Positions 1-64,000 of a DNA stretch of 64,000 bases are shown here, piece by piece. Where the stretch lies: positions 157,542,001 through 157,606,000 of the forward strand of contig NC_042999.1 in NCBI RefSeq assembly GCF_006345805.1, in the 5' to 3' direction. The stretch comes from Octopus sinensis. Lineage: Eukaryota. Within the stretch, counting starts at the first letter, position 1; every line of letters begins with the position of its first letter. Position numbers and translations under genes: made by a program. Under the pieces are notes generated by a model, which was not told the DNA's origin, did no database searches, and saw only the letters and a list, made by a program, of their open reading frames with translations.

Positions 1-301
1 ACAAATGCAATTAGGTATCACTTTTCAACAGTTAAGGGGGGAACCATAATCGGCTTCTTTAGATCTATTTATACCTGAGTCCATTTAAGGAAAACAGTTC
101 AACAGAATATTTTACCAGTATATATAATTTACTAACCGTTCGTATTTAAGGAAACATTTTAAATCAAGAGATAATTGCATTAATGTTCAGTATTGGAATT
201 TATTTTTGATCCTATCTAGTATAATTTACCCTTAAAATCTCAATCCTGTATAAAATGTAATAGAAATTAGTGCAGAACTTCGTTGCATGGTTTTTCATTC
301 T

Positions 302-309
302 ACTTCCGG
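302..309 (-). promoter_or_regulatory. ETS-family site (CCGGAAGT) just upstream of the unc-45 start codon
   Basis: ACTTCCGG at 302-309, ~42 bp before the ATG. The motif is typical of TATA-less housekeeping promoters; function is not shown. Confidence 0.45.
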
Positions 310-350
310 TAATTAATCAGTTTCCAACTAGTTTCCTCGTGTCTTTGATC

Positions 351-48369
<48,019 letters not shown>

Positions 48370-48426
48370 TTGTTCAATGTTAACCGAATATTATTTATTC
48401 TCCACAAATTACCAGTGTCCTCAGTT

Positions 48427-48790
48427 ATTACCTCCGCCTTAGTGAAGGCGGTGGTATTGTTTTCAGTTGTGTTTGTTTGTTTGTCCATGGACAAGATATC
48501 TCAAGAACCTCTTGATGGATTCGGATGAAACTTTCAGGGATGTTTGGCCTTGTGACTGGCATGAACTGATTAAATTTTGGGATCGATCTGGTACCAGACA
48601 AGGATTCTGGATTATTTTTCATCCTTTTCTTTGTTTTTTTTTACTTAATTTTTAAGAGTGGTCAGCTTCATTTTTAATATTCTCGTTTGTAAGAGCAGTC
48701 AAGTTTATTTCAGATATTCTCATTTTAAAGATCATCTCTGGCTAATTGTTGGGAGGACATTGGCAGAGGTTTGTGCTCTCTGAGTGCTCT
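48427..48790 (+). mobile_element. Helentron/DINE-like non-autonomous element in the presumptive unc-45 3'UTR
   Basis: 5' ttattacctccgccttagtgaaggcgg hairpin, GTTT microsatellite, 3' ggcagaggtttgtgctctctgagtgct. Assignment by recognition only. Confidence 0.5.
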
Positions 48791-49057
48791 TAAATATTTG
48801 TTTTGTTTGTTTTGATATTAGAAATAATGCAGTTCAGGTATTCTTAATGTATATGTTTCAAACCAATAGAGTAAACAGACAAGTTTAGACAGTTATAGCT
48901 ACAGGGTTACAGTATATCAATTTGAATAATTATGATTCCAATGGAGTCAACTAAGAGTAAACAGAATGATGTAGTTACAGTATAGTTACTATGGAATGTG
49001 TTTCCTCCGTTCTCTTCTGATTTCTTTTCATTCTGTTTATGGGTATGAATGACATTG

Positions 49058-49063
49058 AATAAA
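49058..49063 (+). other. candidate polyadenylation signal of unc-45
   Basis: AATAAA ~690 nt after the stop, followed by ATTAAA and T-rich sequence. Other AATAAA hexamers occur further downstream. Confidence 0.3.
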
Positions 49064-49217
49064 ATTAAACATCTTACAAGATGAGTCTGTGATGTCATTT
49101 TAATTTCTGGTTGATCCAATTTGTTTCAACTCATATTGCTCAAGCCCATTAAAAATATATGAATGTCACTACATAATTTCAACTCCTTTAAATTTTTTAT
49201 TTCTGTTTTATTGACTA

Positions 49218-49593
49218 CTAGCAGTATCGCCCGGCGTTGCTCAGGTTTGTAAGGGAAATAGCTATAAAGCATTTTTAGAGAGTTATAGCAAAAAAATGGA
49301 AAAAAAAATGATGGTAAATTTTTTTTTGAGAGTAAAAAAAGGTTGAGTTGCGTCCCCTAGACAGTCTGTGGTTTGTTTTTTTTTATTCTCGACCCCATGT
49401 CGAATTTATCGATTTTTTCAGAACTGGGGCAACTTTTCAAAATTTTCGCTGCGTTAGTTTTGAATTATGACATTGGGCTATGTGTGTGTCAAGTTTCATC
49501 AGAATCGGTTGAAAGCCATGGTCAGGGTGAGGGTACGAGAAAACAGACACACAGAAACACGCACAGACAAACTGCCGTTTATATAGAGAGAGA
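49218..49593 (-). mobile_element. non-autonomous Helitron (same 3' end as 6057-6448)
   Basis: Minus strand A|TCTCTCTCTATATAAACGGC...cctgagcaacgccgggcgatactgCTAG|T. Confidence 0.75.
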
Positions 49594-52136
49594 TTGGAGA
49601 GATTAATAAATTTATTTGTTTTTACTTATTTGTAAATATTTTTATTATTCACTTTCCTCTCACTATCTTTTTCTCTTGCTCTTCGCCTCTCCCTTCAACT
49701 AACCATATGATGCATTTGGCCTTAGTGCATTATATTACTCCTCTCTTCTTTCTTCTCCCTTTCTCTTTCTCTCACCCTTTATTCCACCTCACCTCCACCT
49801 CTCTAAGAAGCAGATTATTTTATAGATTTAAATTTTGTTTAAACATCTCCAACTGGGGTCTGGGAAGCCAGAAGGCTGCACCAGGCCCAATCTGATCTGG
49901 CAGGGCATCCAGCTGTAGAAACACTGCCAGATCAGACTGGGCCTGGTGCAGCCTTCTGGCTTCCCAGATCCCTGTTGAACCGTCCAACCCATGCTAGCAT
50001 GGAAAGCAGACGTTAAACATTGATGATCTCCATAGGAAATGTGTTATTCATCATCATCATCATCGTTTAGCGTCTGTTTTCCATGCTAGCATGGGTTGGA
50101 CGGTTCTACTGGGGTCCGTGAAGCCAGAAGGCTTCATCAGGCCCAGTCAAATCCGGCAGTGTTTCTACGGCTGGATGCCCTTTTGGGTATACAATTAAAT
50201 TTTACTATTGAAGAATTGTGCACATAAAGACAGGTGTACCATAAAGGTAAAATAGAACAAAGTACTGGAATTATCTTACAAGAAAATTAGAAAATTAAAT
50301 ACACACTAAATGTGTGTAAATTAAATACACTAAATGAAATAAACACAAAAACACATCCAATAATGACTCATAATACAAATTAATCAAAATTTGTCACTCA
50401 CCTTACAGGTGAATTAAAAATATAGGTAAATATAAAATAAAACAAGGTAAATTTTTTTAAATATTTATAAACTCATGTGGAAAGGGTAGCCCCAGGAAGA
50501 TGTGGGTTGAAGTGGCAAGAAAGGATCTACAGATGTTGGAACTTACAGAGGGGATGACAAGGGACCGAGACCAGGCAGTTTGCTGTGCCTGAAAAGACAC
50601 ATCATGCTAAGTAAAAGTATAGTTGCCCTTGAATACAGGTTTGTCCCCTGCATCCCTCTCCAACTGAGCATTCCTGATCTTGTAGCCTCATGGGAACTGG
50701 TGCCAGGTAAAAAGCACCTGAATCAGTGTCTTGTAAATGCATCTGTGCCAGTGCTGTGTAAAAGCATCCAGTACACTCTGTAAAGTGGTTGGTGTTAGGA
50801 AGGGCATCCAGCCGTAGAAACCATGCCAACATGGAAAATGGGACCTATGATGGTGATGACACACACATACAAAGAGTATTCATATGGAATCTTGTAAAGC
50901 AGCCCACTCTACATAATGCACCTTTGCAAAGAGCGGCTAACTGGGTTCCGGGCAGGTGGCACGTAAAAGGCACCGTTCGAGCATGATCGTTACCAGCATC
51001 GCCTTACAGGCACCTGTGCAGGTGGCATGTGTAAAAAGATTCGAGCGAGGTCGTTGCCAGTATCGCCTGACTGGCCCCCATGCCGGTGGCATGTAAAAGC
51101 ACCCACTACACTCTCGGAGTGGTTGGCGTTAGGAAGGGCATCCAGCTGTAGAAACTCTGCCAGATCAAGATTGGAGCCTGGTGCAGCCATCTGGTTCGCC
51201 AGCCCTCAGTCAACTCATGCTAGCATGGAAATCGGATGTTAAACAATGATGATGATGATGACGGACGGACCAGTGGGAGCTTTCCTCTTTTGTTGCTTTT
51301 GACACTGCTTTTTTCAACCATCAGAATTATGGAGATCAGCTGAATTGAAGGAGATATCCCTCTGGCAAGCTTTAACTTGTAACAATAAGGTATTTCTGTA
51401 TGAGTATCACTAGTTTAATTTAGTCCAGTTAAAGGAACACAAATTCTGCAGAAACTTTAATACAAAATTATTTATTTTTATCATTTACAACAATATAGTC
51501 ACTAATTTGAATGACAGAACAGTTATTTACACAGCAATAACGGTTCAACAATAAGGGAGAGGTGAGTGGTTTGTCTAGCAGCATAACAGCAGAGTCCATT
51601 GGAACAATTTGGTTGATTCTTGTGGTTTAGCCATGTCATTGCCACCAATATTGTTGGTGTCATTGCCTTGATTGCTATGGACACTGCTCTGGTCTGCTGG
51701 TTATTTTTAGTGTGTCTGTCAAAGAAAAACATACAAAAAAACTTATTGGTTGTTTTGTTGGGTTTCGATGGGACTGGTCAGCAGTGTTGCTGAAATCATT
51801 TGATGTGCTGAGAAACAGCTTAGTGTGTTTGGGACATGATCGCCAGTGCGTTGACAGAGATAGTAGTGCTATGGGTAAGGCTGCGATGACAGAAAGGGGG
51901 CCAGTCAATTAGATTGACCACAGTGGTACTTAAATTATCAACCCCGAAAGGATGAAAGGCTAAGTCGATCTTGACGGAATTTGAACACAGAACGTAAAGA
52001 CAGCCGAAATACGGCTAAGCATTTCACCTAATGTACTAACATTTCTGCCAACTCACCACCTTGAATAAACAATCTTCTCAAGCTCAGATGCAGATGCACT
52101 CTGCATCGACAACAGATTGCATTCCCAGAATACAGA

Positions 52137-52331
52137 ATGATACCCTTTAGTGAACATATTGAGAAATGTGCAAAGCAACTACTACCACAATTTTTAATCT
52201 TTCCATTCTATCAATATGCTATTGGAGCACCAACACAAATTAGATTAAACAAGGAAACATTCTTCATTGAAAAATATAAACCAAAACTTAACCATTCTAA
52301 CATTTTTATACAAGGAAACTCATCTCATTGA
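52137..52331 (+). mobile_element. GIY-YIG endonuclease C-terminal remnant (Penelope-like element)
   Basis: 'TQIRLNKETFFIEKYKPKLN', the R..KE..FI...KP.LN pattern at the end of PLE ORFs. Confidence 0.55.
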
Positions 52332-52702
52332 AAAAACTAAAAAAAATATAAAGCAATTATCTACTTTATACCGGAAGAAATCCCTGATTACCTTCCCCTG
52401 CCTGGAACTCTTCACTTCATAGCGAAGCCATGACATGATGTAGGTAAAGAAATTTGAGAAATTTGAAAAGAAAATATGAAACCGGTTATTTCTCCAAAAA
52501 CTGTTACTATACACAAAATTTTCTAACATAACAACTTAAATATATTCTTTAACCTTATAACACAATCCTTCTGTAGTTTCTTCACTCTTTTTTATTTTTT
52601 ATACATCCAACAACGTGCTTTCGCACACCAACTCTCTCACCTATATATATATATATACCACTTCTTAATTTGAGCGAAGGCAATGCAAGCAGGAAGTAAA
52701 GG

Positions 52703-55227
52703 AACATTACTAAGATCCACACACAAAGATCAAATACATACATATATTCATGTATTGATTTATATCTACAGAACGGATATAAAATCTGACATATATAAAT
52801 ATAATAATATATATAAATAGATAAAAATCATACAATATATATAAATATATAAGAATCAGTGTTACATAAAAAAAACACAGTGAATTTATGCTTAAAGTTA
52901 TAAAACATTGGTAAGTTAAAAATTTGGGATTATAAAACATATAAAGGACATATTGAAATGACATTAAAATTCCAGAAAAAATACAAAAATTACAAAATTG
53001 TTTATCTACAGGCCATTTCGGAGATATGCCAATTAATATGATACATTTCATATATTTGAATTTTGTAATTTTTGTATTTTAAAAATTTTTTCTGGAATTT
53101 TTCTGGAATTTTGATACCTCATTTTAATATGTCCTTTTTATGTTTTATTATCCCAAATTTTTAATTTACCAATGTTTTATAACTTTAAGCATAAATTCAC
53201 TGTGTTTTCTATGTAACACTGATTCTTATATATTTATATATCATCATCATCATCATCATCATCATTTAACGTCCGCTTTCCATGCTAGCATGGGTTGGAC
53301 GGTTCAACTGGGGTCTGGGGAGCCTGAAGGCTGCACCAGTCCAGTCAGATCTGGCAGTGTTTCTACAGCTGGATGCCCTTCCTAACGCCAACCACTCCGA
53401 GAGTGTAGTGGGTGATTTTATGTGCCACCGACACAGGTGCTAGACGAGGCTGGCAAACGGCCACGCTCGGATGGTGTTTTTTTTGTGCCACCGACACAGG
53501 TGCCAGACGAGGCTGGCAGACGGCCACGCTCGGATGGTGTTTTTATGTGCCACCGACACAGGTGCCAGATGAGGCTGGCAAACGGCCACGATCGGATGGT
53601 GTTTGTTACGTGCCCACAGCACGGAGGCCAGTCGATGCGGTACTGGCTACGGCCACGTTCGGATGGTTTTCTTGTGTGCCACGTGCCACCGGCACTGGTA
53701 CCACAAAGATACAAATTCCATTGATTTTCATCTATTTTGATTTGTTTTGATTTGATTTTCACTTGCCTCAACAGGTCTTCACAAGTGTCACAAGAAGGAA
53801 GGTAAGCACAGGTGGACTGACTACGTCCCAGGTAGGGGCCACGGGTTATGGCCTGACTAGTCTTGCCGGGTCTTCGGATGGTGTTTTTATGTGCCACCGA
53901 CATAGGTGCCAGATGAGGCTGGCGAACGGCCATGATCGGATGGTGTTTGTTACGTGCCCACAGCACGGAGGCCAGTCAATGCGGTACTGGCTACGGCCAC
54001 GTTCGGATGGTTTTCTTGTGTGCCACCGGCACTGGTACCACAAAGATACAAATTCCATTAATGTTCATCTATTTTGATTTGTTTTGATTTGATTTGATTT
54101 GATTTTGATTTTGATTTTGATTTTCACTTGCCTCAACAGGTCTTCACAAGTGTCACAAGAAGGAAGGTATGCACAGGTGGACTGACTACGTCCCAGGTAG
54201 GTGCCACAGGTTATGGCCTGACTAGTCTTGCCGGGTCTTCGGATGGTGTTTTTATGTGCCACCAACACAGGTGCCAGATGAGGCTGGCGAACGGCCACGA
54301 TCGGATGGTGTTGTCGGTGCGGTACTGGCTACGGCCACGTTCGGATGGTTTTCTTGTGTGCCACCGGCACTGGTACCACAAGATACAAATTCCATTGATG
54401 TTCATCTATTTGATTTGTTTTGATTTGATTTCGATTTTCACTTGCCTCAACAGGCCTTCACAAGTATCATAAGGAGGAAGGTATGCACAGGTGGACTGAC
54501 TACGTCCCAGGTAGGGGCCACGGGTTATGGCCTGACTAGTCTTGCCGGGTCTTCGGATGGTTTTTTTATGTGCCACCGACACAGGTGCTAGATGAGGCTG
54601 GCGAACGGCCACGATCGGATGGTGTTGTCGGTGCGGTACTGGCTACGGCCACGTTCGGATGGTTTTCTTGTGTGCCACCGGCACTGGTACCACAAGATAC
54701 AAATTCCATTGATGTTCATCTATTTGATTTGTTTTGATTTGATTTTGATTTTCACTTGCCTCAACAGGCCTTCACAAGTATCATAAGGAGGAAGGTATGC
54801 ACAGGTGGACTGACTACGTCCCAGGTAGGGGCCACGGGTTATGGCCTGACTAGTCTTGCCGGGTCTTCGGATGGTGTTTTTATGTGCCACCGACACAGGT
54901 GCTAGATGAGGCTGGCGAACGGCCACGATCGGATGGTGTTTGTTATGTGCCCACAGCACGATGGCCAGTTGATGCGGTACTGACTACGGCCACGTTCGGA
55001 TGGATTTCTTGTGTGCCACCGGCACTGGTACCACAAAGATACAAATTCCATTGATGTTCATCTATTTTGATTTGATTTGATTTTTTTGAATATTTATATA
55101 TATTATATGATTTTTATCTATTAATATATATTATTATATTTATATATGTCAGATTTTATATCCATTCTGTAGATATAAATGAATATATGTATGTATTTGA
55201 TCTTTGTGTGTGGATCTTAGTAATGTT
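52703..55227. mobile_element. AT-rich foldback (palindromic) element interrupted by a 1.85-kb SINE-C insertion
   Basis: Left arm 52703-~53000 is the reverse complement of 53060-53240 plus 55090-55227. The insertion 53241-55089 is flanked by an 11-bp duplication atatttatata. Confidence 0.8.
53760..55080. repeat. tandem array of ~314-365-bp SINE-C-derived units
   Basis: cacttgcctcaacagg recurs at 53760, 54125, 54439, 54753 (spacings 365, 314, 314). Confidence 0.9.
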
Positions 55228-55228
55228 A

Positions 55229-55440
55229 GGGTTTAGCAACGAATTGCCTCACCACACACCGAGGCTGACTTAAAATTGTATGATAGATTGCCGTCATTTC
55301 ATTCTCTCTTGCCTGTCTGTGTTTGCCTTTCAAGTGCTGTGTTTTTACTGAGATCTCCCTTTTAGTAGAAAGAATAGCTATAACTTTTTGACTGCTATTT
55401 CTAAATTCGGTGTGTGGTGAGGCAATTCGTTGCTAAACCC
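55229..55440. mobile_element. PIF/Harbinger (Tourist-like) MITE
   Basis: 34-bp TIR GGGTTTAGCAACGAATTGCCTCACCACACACCGA with TTA target duplication on both sides. Confidence 0.8.
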
Positions 55441-57571
55441 TTAATTGCTTAGTATTACTTAAATTTTCCTCGAATGAGGCTTTTACATGCCGAAATCTAC
55501 TTGGTGTAATTAATAATTATTCCAAATTAATTAATTTCACCCTATATTGTTACTGATAACCATATTTCATCCCAGTAAATGACCACAGCATCTTGTCTTG
55601 GTTACACGCGGGTGGGAAGGGGCTGGTGACACAAACTTTCATTCACACTTTGAATTTGGTGGTACTGGTAACGGCTTTAGCTAGCTCTGATACTAAGTTG
55701 AGATGATGCCTTCTAGTATCTCGAAATTTAATATACAATTAAACCATCAACTACCAGATAATACCAATTCATATGATTTATTAACTAATTATTTAGATTA
55801 AATAGGAACATCCAAATCCAACAGAATAATACAGAATAAAACAATATACATCAATACGTAAGATAATACCATAAGAATAATACATATAAAATGGATCTAT
55901 ATATATATATATATACTTTAAGTATGGTAGATGAGTTCACCAAAATTTAGATTCAGATGAATATGGTACGTAAGTTGAGGCACCAGAATTTAGTACGGTA
56001 TTATCCATACAATTTCAAAATAAGGTGATTAAGATCAAAATAAGCAACAAAGATATCCAGAGGTAATGTAGTACGATCGTTTCATGCAACTCCATTTAAT
56101 TGAACAATGCAATCATTACATCAATTTAAAATGTAGGGTAATCTTCAGCTGCACAAAGAGATAGAACTTAATTAAATTAGAACAGATGGACACAATAGTA
56201 TAATTATACATAAAGTCTCCAAGAAGTTAAGGAGATAGACAAAGGACATGTTGTACCTACAACAGCATATACGTAACTAAAAATTTTCCAGAAGACACTG
56301 CCTGTCACTGATTTTTTTGTTTTTTATGGCGTCATTTTTAATTTATAGAGTAGCTTATCAAATCACTTATATATTTAAGACTGAGAGAAACAGAGGGCAG
56401 TATCTGATTAGGGAAGGGTTGAGGGAGTAGACAGACATCATAGTTGGTATAGTCATAAAAATCAAGATTTATTAGAAGCAATGTCATGAGGTTTAATAAG
56501 GGAAAACTTAAAACAAGATGTTAGCTGATAAATAAGGGGTACCCATTAGCAGACTATTGATAATGAAACAGGAGAAGTCTTATCGTGTTGCACTATAGTT
56601 AAATACTTTAAAACAATGCTGCTTTATTGTATACAGTTAAAGTTTAGGGTTATTCAAGAGATTATTAAGAAGAATATTGTAACAAACGGATAGAAATTCA
56701 TGAATACTTTTGAGTATATATCAAACTTTTACCACAACAGAGGGAGGAAAAGAAATTATATGGAAATAGTTTAATATTTCTACATAATGTACACTTAAAT
56801 ATTAACTCATCAGATGGTATCTGTGAATATTGATTAATTGCTATATACTGGTATTAATAAAGGAGTATTGAGGTAAAGGAACATACTAATTACATATTAA
56901 TAAAATTTTAATCTAAGCAGTATTTTTTTATAAGTAGTGAATATACCAGTATTGTTTTATATAAGCTAAGTATGTATTTATAGAGATACAAAACTTAGAA
57001 TGATTTTATAAATAAATAAAGGCTAATTATAAAATAAAATAAAATAATCAAGTAGGGCAGAACACCATAGAATAGGAATAAAATGGCTTAATTACTAATA
57101 CTATGGTAAAGTATAGGTAGCTAGTCAACACCTATAAAGATGATTTTTTAAAAAAAGTATAATTATTCAAAATATATTAGACTAAAAATTATATTTACTT
57201 ATTTAGCTAATATCTATAAAAGACTGATGTTTGGTACTGGCTAAAGGAATATTTAAGTTATGGAATAATCCTATTTTACACTAATCTTTTTTTAAATTTA
57301 GGGTTATTTTATAGGTTTAAGAAGTTATTATTATTACTGCTTGCATGATATTTATAGTTTCTTAGTGGTACTTGTTTAGAAAGGTTATTTATATAAAGGT
57401 CCTTATAAATACGAAGATCAGGAGAGTAGAGCCATTTAAGAAAGAGATAAATCAAGTAACTTTTAAAGATCATTTCAAACAATATTGTCATACTGTATAA
57501 GGTTAAAATTTTAGGGTAATCAAGAAGATTATTAAGAATGAAAATTTAAAAAAAGGATACCACTTCTTTGA

Positions 57572-63036
<5,465 letters not shown>

Positions 63037-63113
63037 ATATTTTACTATAAAATTGGATTTAATCCTAAATCTGATTTTTTCCCTGTAAATTTGGATTTAT
63101 TCCCTAATATTAT

Positions 63114-63151
<38 letters not shown>

Positions 63152-63185
63152 ATATATATATCTATCTCTCTCTCTCTCTCCCTCC

Positions 63186-63235
<50 letters not shown>

Positions 63236-64000
63236 CTCCAAGAAAGTTAGGGGTTGTGAATCCAACCCACTAAGGGATAATATCTATCCAATATACTGTT
63301 GGAAGAATACCCAACTTTTAATACACAAGTGTTTTTTATTGCATTGCAATTACATTACCTACTATATTAAATGGGTGAAGGCAAAGAGATAGTTTACCAT
63401 TAATTTATATTGCAAATAGGAAAATGGAGGAGAACAATAGTTGGTTCATCAAGTTAGGACATTAAAAATGTTAACTTATTTATTTATTAAACTGATAATT
63501 ATAATAACATACATACATATAGCATATTATTCTATGCATATAAGATAAGGATACCAGTAATTATTAAAAAGCATGAATATAAAATGGTAAACAACTTACA
63601 GCTGTTTCAGCCCATAGATAAAAGTATTTTATTCTGCCTATATTACTCAAGTGTATTGAGGTAATAGGCAGATGAAGATGAGGTACATGTATGTATCTCT
63701 AGGTTTCATCAGAGATTATAAAATACAATAATAAATATAAATATAAAATAAACAAAATACACACACATTTGAATATATATATATATACATGCATATATGG
63801 TTATACATAATTAATTATATATACTAAAATATACATACACATCTACATCCATAAGCACATATAATATGTAGTTATTACTAATATTATTATTATTATATTA
63901 GATTAGGTGTATTCTGCTATTCAGAATAGATAGTATATGAAATATAAAATATATATATATCTATCTCTCTCTCTCTCTCCCTCCCTCTCTCTCTCTCTCT

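Noticed and set aside
53412-54959. Repetitive ORFs and ~50-bp repeat units that could suggest a CRISPR-like array or repeat protein
   Set aside because: Units are contiguous SINE-internal tandem repeats without unique spacers, in a eukaryotic context with no cas genes.

Overview
AT-rich animal genomic DNA. The repeat families (several tRNA-headed SINEs, Helitron/MITE fragments, long (TA)n tracts) look like those of Octopus or another coleoid cephalopod; this is an inference from recognition, not a search. One protein-coding gene spans most of the window: a + strand unc-45 myosin co-chaperone (TPR, neck, UCS/ARM) with 21 coding exons from 351 to 48369, all joined by GT-AG introns with compatible phases. 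The spliced CDS is 946 aa only if two single-base deletions (exon 2 at ~4027, last exon at ~48262) are repaired; both look like long-read consensus errors but need checking. The introns are packed with SINEs in both orientations, hAT, piggyBac-like, PIF and Helitron non-autonomous elements, a full-length decayed mariner, and RTE, CR1 and Penelope-like fragments. Downstream of the gene are a foldback element carrying a SINE-derived 314-bp tandem array and a 5.25-kb palindrome (two ~2020-bp arms). The palindrome has extreme strand skew, and its spacer holds A>G-shifted copies of arm sequence. It is the most unusual structure here and could be real or an assembly artefact.
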